Shown piece by piece: positions 15,601 through 24,800 of a stretch of 32,000 nt of DNA (position 1 is the first letter of the stretch; each line of letters begins with the position of its first letter). This DNA is from Fibrobacter succinogenes subsp. succinogenes S85 (GTDB taxonomy: Bacteria; Fibrobacterota; Fibrobacteria; Fibrobacterales; Fibrobacteraceae), in NCBI RefSeq assembly GCF_000146505.1, contig NC_017448.1:3360001-3392000 (forward strand), written 5' to 3'. A program made the translations under genes and the position numbers. A model generated the notes under the pieces. That model was not told where the DNA came from. It searched no databases and saw only the letters and a list, made by a program, of their open reading frames with translations.

Positions 15601-18600
15601 TCTGATGAATCCGGTATTGCTGGCCAGGTGGTGCAGACCGATACTGCCGATGTTGTCATTAAGCTAAATGACTTGAATGAAAAGCCCATCTTTGTTGAAC
15701 CGACCGAAAAGATTACGTTCCCTGAAGATAAGAAGGGTTATGAAATTACAACCCTCAAGTTTGACGATCTTGATACCGCCAAGAGGTTCCGCAACGACAG
15801 ATTTGAACTCGTGACTGAAGTAGACGGATTCTATCTGGATCCGGAAACGGGCGTGCTGACGACGACGCGTAAGTTCGACTACGAAACTGAAGAAAAGATT
15901 TATGAACTGACGGTTCGTGTCTATGATGTTTCGGGCGATGAAAACCTTTCTGTAACAGGTACGATTACCGTTGAACTCTTGAACGTGAACGAACCTCCGT
16001 TCCTGAATGAAATCGTATTCACTGTTCTTGAAAGCGATACTGTCGGTACAAATCTTAAGAAACCTCTTAGTGGCACAGATATCGATGGCCCCGATACGAC
16101 ATTCAACTTCTTCATCATGGATGGCGATAAAGAAGGTCATTCGACTAATGAATTCTTCTTGGATCCTGCTACAGGAGTGTTCACCGTTACAGCAACAGCA
16201 AAGCTTGATTACGAAAAGACTGAGTCTTATTCCTTCAAGGTTCGTATCCGTGACGAACACGATGGTTTCTCCGATACTACGGTAACCATCAAGGTTGTTG
16301 ACGTGAATGAAGCCCCATCTGTCCAGGTTGATACCATCTATGTGAGCGAAGACCAGGTTATCAATAAACCGTTTAGCACGGTCAAGACGGATAAGGACGA
16401 TCCGGATACCAAGAATCCTGATTTCCGCAACAATGTCTATGAAAATACGGATGGAAGCGAAGTGTTCTCTGTCCAGTCGAATGGCGATGTCATTCTTCTG
16501 AAGCCGATTGACTACGAATCTGATTCTGTTTACGTGATTACCGTGCGTGTGACAGATAAGGACGACAAGACTTTGACTTCGACCAAGAAGGTTGTGGTCA
16601 AGGTGAAGGATGTCTTCGAAAAGTCTAAGGTCGAGATTACTCGCGTTGAATATAAGGATTCTGTCTATCTCAAGCCCGACTCCGTGTTTGTGAACGGTCC
16701 GGCTGTAGACATTGAATGGACTGCTGATGGCAAGACCAAGTCTAGTACCGATTCTCTCAAGAAGGGTTGCAACACTATCATCAAGACATTCAAGGACCCG
16801 ACCAAGAACGATCCGGGTGCCGATACGGTTGTGGTTTGCTACAGCGATGCAGCCCCGATTGTAACGGTTTCTGCTAACGGTGACGATGTCTCTGCAGACA
16901 ACATTTACACGGTTGTTGAAAAGGCTACCAAGAATGATACCGCTATCTATGTGAACGAAAAGAAGAACGATATCAAGGTGACTGTCAAGGATACTGCATC
17001 TCACGTGACGAAGTCCTTCACTGTAAAGCTGGAACTGGATACGGTTTCTGTTTCGTCGAAGGAATTCAAGAATATCCAGGGTATTGCAGATACCAAGGTG
17101 ACTCGCGAAAAGTCTCCTGCTTCGGGAATTACCACAGTTCCTGAAAACGATTCCTATTACAAGAATACTTATACCGAAACCATCAAGGATACTAAGGTTA
17201 CGGTCTCTTACTACACCGACAAGAAAGGTAACGATGTCAAGCGTACTGTTGTTACCTCCGACGGCAAGACGAAGGAAGTCGCTGTTATTGAAGTCTCTTA
17301 CACGACAAAGATTGGAGATAAAAACGTCACGATTTCTTACTTCGCTGACGCCTCTACTGGTGAACGCGTGAACTTGAAAACCGGCCTCTCGGATAGCGAG
17401 TCTGTGCTTTCCGCCGATGGTGACGATGTGGTTGGTTCGTATAAAGTATCTTACACCTATACGGATAAGAGTGGCAATACTGTCGATGTCTCTTACCTCC
17501 TCGATGAAAAGGGCAAGATTGCAAAGAACAGCGATGGCAATATCGGTTACAACGTGGGCTACACCTACGTGAACAAGTTTGGTAACACTTCTAGAGAAGA
17601 TGTGTTTATCGTGCTTGACCAGAAGGGTCCGGTTGTAAAGATTGAATCTCCGTCCGAAGGGGCTGTGCTTACAGCAAACTTTGTTGAAGTCAAGTGGACC
17701 GTTGATGGCGTGGAACAGGATACTCTTCGCGTGCAAGGCCTTGACAATGGATCTCAGACGATTATCCGCGTATTCCGTGACAAGGCCGGCAACGAATCCC
17801 GCGATTCTGTGACGGTCATGGTCAAGAAGGCCAAGAACATTGAAATCGATGTTGAAAAGCCGGTAACGCTTGTCGATCGCGATTCTGTCGAAAAGTACTT
17901 TGACAAGAACCCGCCCAAGAAAGATCAGAATTACAGCGTGACGTTCTACAACTATAAGGAAAATGCCGAAACGGAAGCTATTGTCGGAATCAAGGGCAAG
18001 TCTAAGGAAGGTTCTGGAAAGGAACCGTACCCAGGCCTGGAAGGTCACCTCGGACCGACACTCACGGTCGATGCTCGTGTGCCTGTCGTGAATGCCTTGG
18101 GCGGACTGGCAACACTGGATGATATCGTAAGCAACGGTGGCATGATTGCTCTGGAAGGTGTTGACGCCGCTAACGGTAAGAAGATTTCTGTGAGCGAATA
18201 CGTTGACAAATACTGCACAGACGAGTTCAAGAAGTCCATGACTTCGGACTACAGCAAGATGAACCTCTACTGGACGACGCTCAGGGTGAATGTCTGGGTC
18301 TATTCGAATACGGGTGTGTTTGCGGACCACTACAGCTTCGATTACGATCTTGACGATCCGGATTATGTGAACGACGCTGGTCTTTTGAAGCTCTTCTTCG
18401 AAATGAAGCCGGATGAAAACGGTGACGTGAGGACGAAGGATGGCCGCCTCTATGGTACAGGTGCCTACCTTTTCAAGACCGAAGTCAAGATGACGTCCAA
18501 GCTTCGCTGCACGCTCCCGCCGATCAGTGCGGACGAAGCCAGCAAGAAGAAGAACGCCATCATCAAGTCTAGCGATGAACTCCTCAAGTCGTTCGGTTAC

Positions 18601-18621
18601 AGACGTCCCGTGAATAACTAG
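12655..18621 (+). CDS. Giant secreted cadherin-repeat protein (1988 aa), putative surface adhesin
   Basis: Signal peptide MKKGNLYLRTILSTLAAALGLAVPAMA. There is a Calx-beta-like stretch VVDDDKIEGDEYMLFKIMNLNGAVI. About 6 repeats of about 110 aa are closed by DSNNKP, DVNEKP, DVNDGP, LNEKP, NVNEPP and DVNEAP junctions with LDYE/FDYE motifs. The C-terminal module is shared with the next gene and ends FGYRRPVNN. Confidence 0.9.
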   Translation: MKKGNLYLRTILSTLAAALGLAVPAMADDDDLPEVERDTVLLSPLHFEKDGAAVTDEAQNQYLWNELMKYKLWGTDSVIFNKEDFRIAEPSGYTGTAKGKVYFRNGYHTLGGPIVSGNDIEISYPGMGADFDSLLVGPVRAGWLVLAGWYNAQNVKYEGNYCFENQIYFDSPNRTDDLANSTSIAQRFIHNVHQSGGKVYADWNLDKDGMPGLSCLVPCSDDDATCKSYCNTLLNGKDYPNEYLDGSFSECPEDVPTPEKKLSVPLMENITNWEPAIDVSGNSGKIVFVHVPPITDADLKQSPKKVWYDKYVENVKAGGSPGEIIYILMPSNKHNANKKTGRLTRIFSRDGFNFENSANNLRIQVAIVNDDATWNNTTQMWENLNEPEYNIHGISIQSEDKPYWIENDGSGKDVWVNLDKLNITPVADSNYAGNLLFYTTADVEWKAFKYQGSEDGGEGAKFQGTFITSGDFIINDHLSVAGQLIAGKKLKFESKFNGEFHYVPFNSPEIKTNVFAGDKFKEKTDKWYDMEFALTDTAHTEVSFDYCFAFFGIDLDTTGGAYEALKSESGSFAEPADLGITIAEKKIQSNTDHEMPLCHLGESRHIVIKKGQRKPTVPEYSSWLHVVDDDKIEGDEYMLFKIMNLNGAVISGNKFEGGLLVKLVDSNNKPPHFVDLEKTKLAVPENATKAMAGKIKAEDNEGDAYFYEITGGTAQDLFDIGLTTGVVTMKNGVEPFDYEEWKKAGTKYTIKVELCDTKATSFNTLLCTDATFTIDITDVNEKPYFDYADTDKKQIFIAENETFASDAVAFKDYDTYAGATSPFLNNRVDIIAGDVDVFDVTPGGVLRTKDGVVLDYEMKNTYKVTLRVHDDNKDATTGEYIYPDLYDDMEFTVVVTDVNDGPKFDYAAYNGSVNENSPESTLVKMDHAINAKTTQIGATITYILLDESKSFVIDPNTGVITVGKDAVLDFETKNVYELKVVASDESGIAGQVVQTDTADVVIKLNDLNEKPIFVEPTEKITFPEDKKGYEITTLKFDDLDTAKRFRNDRFELVTEVDGFYLDPETGVLTTTRKFDYETEEKIYELTVRVYDVSGDENLSVTGTITVELLNVNEPPFLNEIVFTVLESDTVGTNLKKPLSGTDIDGPDTTFNFFIMDGDKEGHSTNEFFLDPATGVFTVTATAKLDYEKTESYSFKVRIRDEHDGFSDTTVTIKVVDVNEAPSVQVDTIYVSEDQVINKPFSTVKTDKDDPDTKNPDFRNNVYENTDGSEVFSVQSNGDVILLKPIDYESDSVYVITVRVTDKDDKTLTSTKKVVVKVKDVFEKSKVEITRVEYKDSVYLKPDSVFVNGPAVDIEWTADGKTKSSTDSLKKGCNTIIKTFKDPTKNDPGADTVVVCYSDAAPIVTVSANGDDVSADNIYTVVEKATKNDTAIYVNEKKNDIKVTVKDTASHVTKSFTVKLELDTVSVSSKEFKNIQGIADTKVTREKSPASGITTVPENDSYYKNTYTETIKDTKVTVSYYTDKKGNDVKRTVVTSDGKTKEVAVIEVSYTTKIGDKNVTISYFADASTGERVNLKTGLSDSESVLSADGDDVVGSYKVSYTYTDKSGNTVDVSYLLDEKGKIAKNSDGNIGYNVGYTYVNKFGNTSREDVFIVLDQKGPVVKIESPSEGAVLTANFVEVKWTVDGVEQDTLRVQGLDNGSQTIIRVFRDKAGNESRDSVTVMVKKAKNIEIDVEKPVTLVDRDSVEKYFDKNPPKKDQNYSVTFYNYKENAETEAIVGIKGKSKEGSGKEPYPGLEGHLGPTLTVDARVPVVNALGGLATLDDIVSNGGMIALEGVDAANGKKISVSEYVDKYCTDEFKKSMTSDYSKMNLYWTTLRVNVWVYSNTGVFADHYSFDYDLDDPDYVNDAGLLKLFFEMKPDENGDVRTKDGRLYGTGAYLFKTEVKMTSKLRCTLPPISADEASKKKNAIIKSSDELLKSFGYRRPVNN
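14644..16620 (+). repeat. Array of about 6 cadherin-type domain repeats (protein-level repeat, divergent at the DNA level)
   Basis: Seven D/N-x-N-(E/D)-x-P type junctions are spaced about 105-115 codons apart between VDSNNKPP and VKDVFEKS. Confidence 0.75.
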
Positions 18622-18646
18622 GTGAATCGCCTGTTGATAAATTGTA

Positions 18647-18675
18647 GGGTGAAACTTCGGTTCCACCCTTTTCTC
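18647..18675 (+). terminator. Intrinsic terminator of giant gene 1
   Basis: GGGTGAAAC-TTCG-GTTCCACCC (9-position stem with one mismatch, UUCG loop) followed by TTTTCTC, 26 nt after the stop codon. Confidence 0.7.
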
Positions 18676-18766
18676 ATATAATACGCATGATACAGTAAAA
18701 AAGAAATCTCCCCCGAAAATCGGCGAAAATGATACCGAAATCTTACATTTTTTACAAGAATTGACA

Positions 18767-18794
18767 TTGCTTTCGTTATAGCCGTTACTATATT
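18767..18794 (+). promoter_or_regulatory. Candidate promoter of giant gene 2
   Basis: TTGCTT (18767-18772), a 16-nt spacer, then TATATT (18789-18794) within the shared GTTACTATATT block. A TTGACA also occurs at 18761-18766, but with a 22-nt spacing. Confidence 0.4.
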
Positions 18795-18886
18795 TCATTA
18801 TAAAAGTGTTTGGATGATTTGGGAAGAAAACTGTGACAAATTTCTGGAGTGGAATTTGTCGTAGCAAAAGGAGCATAAAGGATACT

Positions 18887-21800
18887 ATGTGGTTTGGCAA
18901 ATTAAGTCTTAAAGCTGCAGCCTTAGCCTTGGTCGGTGCGGTTTCATCCATGGCTGCAAGCGGTATTTCCCCATTGACATTCGGAGATTCTGAAACCGAT
19001 GTCGATAACTGGAACTATCTAGTCAATTATAAGCTTTGGGGACAAACCGGTATTTCTTTTGGCAACCGCCCGACTTTTAGGAATCCTTCGGGTTGGATCG
19101 GTACCTCAAGTGGTGATTTGGTTCAGCCTGGAAGTGAAGGCGTTCTTGCTGGAGCCATAATCGTTGGCGGTGATATCACGCCACATGAAAAGACTGAATT
19201 AACTACAGGTCCTTTCCGCTATAAAGGTTCCCTTAGTAGCAGCCATGCTAATGGCGTAAAGTGCTCCGGAACTACAGTTAGTGGTGATTGTAAAGAAGTT
19301 CCTTTATATAAAGAAACTTTGAAGGTGCCGACCGTAAGTGGCGGTTCTTATGAATCCGGTTTTTCTATTGGTGATCGCCAAACTCGTGAGTTGAAGGTTC
19401 CTCACAACGGTTCTTATGACATCTACATAGACCATATTGATTTTGGATCTTCAAGTGTGTTGAAAATCCTTATGCCGGAAGGTGGTCATACAACTCGTAT
19501 TTTCCTTAATTCGTTAAACTTGAGTGACCATCCTCATATATTGGTTTGGTATGAAGGTGAATCCAACCCTCGTTGTAATACGGAAAAGTATACTTGTCAA
19601 AAAAATGACAAGGGAGAATATCTTGGTTATCAAGGTGATTTGCTGATTTATTCTAAAAGCGATATAACTTTTGATAATATTGACTTTGCTCCTATCGTTG
19701 GTACTTTTGTTAGTGCTGGTACAATTAAGATTGGACGTAATATGAATTTTGCAGGTCAGATGCTTGCAAAAAAACTTGAAATCGGAAATGAAGTTGATGG
19801 TGAATCCTTTGTTTTTGTGCCTTTTAAAGATACGCCAAAGTTGACCTTGAATGCTCCTGAGGCTACTTTTGACGAAGACAATAAATGGCATGAAATCGGT
19901 ATTAGCTTGAGTTCAGATGAAGGCGAAAAAGATGTTACCTTTGAATACTGCTTTGAATTCAATGCAACTGCTGTTAAAGGCCAGTTTGCTGAAAAGGCTG
20001 ACATTAAAACGGATACGGATCACAAGTTCCCGATATGTGGAACGGATTCTCCGGTAAAAGTGACCATTCCTAAGGGTAAGACTGTTGCTCAGACTGCTGC
20101 AAATAAAATTTATATCAATCCCGTTATTGATGGAATTGTAGAAACTCCGAAATCGGGTCAAGTGGGTGAAAAGCTTTGGCTGAAGATTTCTAATGTTGAA
20201 GGAGCCATTGTTTCCAAGGACAACTACGATGAATCTGTTGGCGGCTTTAACATCTATATCAAGGATGTAGATAAGTTGCCGCAGGGTAACAGCAGCCTCA
20301 AGGTGTCTGTTAAAGAAGATGCGGTCTATACATTTGCAGAAGAAGATTTTGATTACCAACATACTACAAGAACATTTGCGTCTGTAAAAATAACCTCCTT
20401 GCCGACAAAGAGCTCGTTGCTTTTGAACGGCTCTGCGGTGAAGAAGGATCAGGTTATCACCGTTGCTAACCTTGGCAAGTTGACTTACAAGCCTGTGGCA
20501 AATGAATTCAGCAAGACCAAAACTGAAGTCTATACATCGTTTAAGTTCAGGGTTATTGGCTCTGGCTCTGGCGATAACACATCTGAAGAATACACGGCTA
20601 ATGTTAACGTCATCCCGGTCAACGACAAGCCGACGACTGATGCAAGCTATACTTTCACCGTGAGTGAAAATCCGTCAAAGAATGAATCGTTGGGTAGTGT
20701 CACCGTTACAGATGTTGCCAACGAACGTGATGTTGATTCCTATACATTTGCCTTGGTTTCTGGGGACAAGGATTGTTCTTCGTGCTTTACGTTGACTTCT
20801 TCGGGTGAAGTCAAGGTCAATGGCACACAAACGTTTAACTACTATACAAAGTCTTCCTACACTCTTACGGCGAAGGTGACGGATGATGCCAAGACCGAAA
20901 AGAATTATGGCTTGACTGGAAATCCTGAAACGTCTAAGAACTTTACCATTGTCATCAATGTCAAGAACCAGAACCACGCTCCGACCATTAGTGATCAGCC
21001 TTTCACTCTCCCGGAAAAGAATAAAACTGCTACGGGTATTGTAGATTGGACCAGTGCTAAGGTTGTTGGTACGGTTGTTGCTAAGGATGTTGATGGTGAT
21101 AATCTGATCTTTAAGGTTGAAACTTCTGGTATTCCGTTTGCTTTTAAGAATGGAACGAGTTCGCTCATCGTTTCTGATGGAAGCAAGCTGGATTACGAAA
21201 CAAAGTCTGTATGGACGTTCAAGGTTTCTGTGACTGATCCGTCTGGCGCTTCTGATGACGCTATCATTACGGTAAACCTTGAAGATGTCAACGAAGATCC
21301 TATCCCGAGTGATGTAAAGTCCGAATATACGGTTAAGGAAAATACAGCAACAGGAACTGCTTTCGGTACGTTCACCGTTACTGATAATGATGCCGGTGAC
21401 AAGCTGACTTATAAGTTGACGGGTGCTTTGACGGGTGCCGCAGGCATTTCTAGTACTTTGAAGAATAAAACATTGGCAGACATTTTTTATGTCGATGAAC
21501 CGGCAAGTTCTAGTGGCAAGAGAACCGCTTCGATTAGGGTCAAGAGCAGTGCTTTGCTTGATTACGAAGAACTTTATAAGGCTAGTTCTAAAAATGCGTC
21601 TTATCCGGTGACTATTACGATTACGGATAAGGCCTCGAATTCTGTAGATGTTTCGACCAAGATTACGGTGCAGGATGTGAATGAAGATCTCACTGCTACG
21701 GGTGGTACATTCTATATCCAGGAACATTCTCCGGGATTAACGCACGTATGCACTAAGGAGTACGATGAAGATTGTAGCGAGAGTGACTACGGCTATGTTA

Positions 21801-24800
21801 TCGGCACGGACAAAGATAAGTACAATAAATCCTTTAGCACTTTGACATACACCATGTCTACTGCAAATACGGGTGTAAAGGCTACTGATGCCAAGAACTT
21901 TGTTGTAAACTCGGACGATGGTAGTATTTCTACTGCAGCAAACGCAGAATTCGAATATGATGGTGTAGGTGCAAAGATTTCTTACACATTCTTGGTGACG
22001 GTTTCTGATGGAACTTTCTCTAAAGATGTCTCTGTGACTGTGAAGGTTTTGAACATTGAAGAACCTCCTGTAAAATTGGTGACGGAAGGTTCTGGCAAAA
22101 TTAGAGAAGATGCACCTGAAGGTCATATAGCTGCAACATTTAAAAAAGAGTTCATCACGGATCCGGATGAATTGGCAAAATTTGAGGCTTTGGGAAACGA
22201 AGATGATATTCGTTACAAGGTATACGAAGAAGCTAGTGGCTATGGAGTGTTTAAGGCGATTATTACAACCGGAGAAATTAGATTAGATGATCCGTCCAAG
22301 ATTGATTTTGAAACGCTTTGCGCTAAGGATGTGACGTGTAAGAGTAATGCGACTTTGGGAACTTCTCCAATGTTTGAGGTTCTCATGACGGCTTGGAATG
22401 AGAATAATCCCTCTGTTACGCTCGAGATTACTAGATATATTGAAATTGTTGATGTGAATGAACCTCCGACCGCAAGCGATTTTACGAAAACGGTTGATGA
22501 AAATATTGCGGGTGGTACTGTTATAGGTACTATTGAAGCTTCTGATCCCGACAAGTACGCCTCTTGCAGAGCTGGCTCTCATTCGTGCGGTTTCAACACG
22601 CTTCACTATTCTATTGTTGATGCTTCGGGATTGCCGTTTGAAATTGACCAGAATACTGGTGTTATCAAGCTCAAAAAGAACGAAAGACTCCGTTATATTG
22701 AAAAGAATCAATATAAGTTTGATGTGAAGGTTAGCGACCGTGCTACAACGGAACCGGCGCTTTCTACAATTGCTCATGTGACCATCAATGTTACCGATGT
22801 AAACGAACCTTCTGAATTTAAGGTGTTGGCTGATCTTTATGAGGTCAAGGAAAATACTGCTGTTGATACAAAGTTCGGTGACAAGATTGTTGTCTATGAT
22901 GAAGATGCCGCCGATGTTAGCACGACTGCCAAACCTGCATTGAAGATTTCTATCAAGGATAATGGAACATGTACAGCAGGTAAGAACTGCGCTGAAGACT
23001 TGTTCAATGTTGTTATCGTGAAAAATACTGATGCAAACCATGAAACTCAGTTCCAGTTTGTTGTCAAGTCGGACTTGAATTACGAACAGCTCTACAAGGC
23101 AACAGAGAAGGACGCCATATTTGATGTGACTTTGACTGTTACGGATAAGGCTGGTAATAAGGTTTCTCAGGATACAAAGGTTCGCGTCATCGATGAAAAC
23201 GAAGAACCTGAATTTGTGGGAGAACCTTATAATAAGTTTACCGTCAGCGAAAATGTTAAGACGGAAACCTTGTTGGGTACAGTCGAAGCTACCGATCCGG
23301 ATATCTACAACAAAAATTACGGTACGCTTTACTTCTCGCTTGATGATAGCTATGACGATGCCGCTCTGTTCGATATCGACCGTAAGACGGGTGAACTCTA
23401 TGTCGTGAACAACGCTAACCTTAATTACGAAGATAAGAGTGAGTATAAGTTCAAGGTTGTCGCAACCGACAAGGAATTTACGATCTCTACTCTCGTAACG
23501 GTTACTGTCAAGAATGAAGATGAAGGCCCTGTGTTCCCGACGGTCCCGGATTTGTATGTTGATGAAAATACGCCGAAGGGTACAATTGCTACGCTTAAGA
23601 ATGGTACAAAGCAGGCAATTGCGGCTAGCGATGATGACTGCAGCAACAGACATACTTGCAAGGCTCCGACCTATACGCTTGTAGCTGCCGATGGCGCACC
23701 TGATGATTTCAAGGCATTTAGCATTGATGCTGATGGCTTTATCTCGGTGGCTAAGGATAACGTCTTGAATTATGAAAAACAGAACAAGTACGTGGTTCGC
23801 GTTGTCGCAACGGATGGCTCGGTCACAACACTTACAGACGAAGTGGATGTAACCATTTACGTTAGAGACGTGAACGACGCTCCGGTATTTGAATTGGTTG
23901 AATATCCGTTTGAAGTAGACGAAAACAAGCCTGCGGGTGAAGTTGTTGGCGCTGTCGTTGCTACCGATGAAGATACTTGGAGCAAATTGACCTTTAAACT
24001 TGATGATCTCAAGACGGGTTCTGGTGATAGCAAAAAGTTTACGATTGACGCTTCGGGCAAAATCAGTACCACTGAAAAATTGAATCACGAAGAGCAGGAA
24101 ACCTATGAACTCTTGGTTACTGTAACGGATAACGGTTCGTCTAAGGGCTTTGAAAATCTTAGTGCTACAACGAAGGTTGTTATTACGGTTAATGATAAGC
24201 CGGATGATCCGATTATCATCGATGACAAGAAGAACTATGAGGTTGCTGAAAATACCGCAGAACACCCGATCAAGGATGCAACGATTGCATGCTACGATGT
24301 TTCTGATGAAGATCAGGACCAGGAAAAGTCTCTTGCAGGTTATGTCGTTGATGTCGGTGGTACTGATGCAGATCGCCTGTTTGATGCCAAGGTTAAGAAG
24401 GATGGATCAAAGTATAAGCTTTGCCTCTCTGTCAAGACTCCAACGAAGTTTAATTACGAAGCTCTTCCTCATGAACACTCAATTAAGGTGGGCGTGATTG
24501 ATAGCGATGAACGTACTCACGAAATCGCTAAGACCATTAAGATTGTTGACGTGAACGAAATGCCGATTATTTCGGGTAGCCTTGCATATTCCTTCTATGA
24601 AAATAAGGGAGAAGGCTATGTTATTGGTAAGTTCAGTTCTGCAGATGTCGATACGGCTAAGGGCTTTACTGACAACGTGTTCAGTGCTATAGGCGGTGAT
24701 ACTGATTTGTTCACGATTACCGAAGATGGCAAGATCAAGGCTCTGCGTGACTTTGACTATGAAAAGGAAAAGGTCCGTACATTTGAATTGGAAATCGCTT

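Noticed and set aside
18833-18886. GTG start at 18833 for giant gene 2
   Set aside because: The ATG at 18887 is preceded by AAAAGGAG at a suitable distance and starts a typical signal peptide. The upstream 18 codons lie in the probable 5' UTR.
15664-18951. 1095-aa ORF on the minus strand spanning the 3' half of giant gene 1, the intergenic region and the first codons of giant gene 2
   Set aside because: Over gene 1 it lies exactly in the codon-aligned antisense frame, where stops arise only from sense TTA, CTA or TCA codons. Its length therefore only reflects avoidance of those codons. The translation is low-complexity (I/R/V/N/F/H-rich) with no motif, signal or RBS. It also runs through a terminator hairpin and a promoter, while the sense strand has strong cadherin and paralogue signatures.
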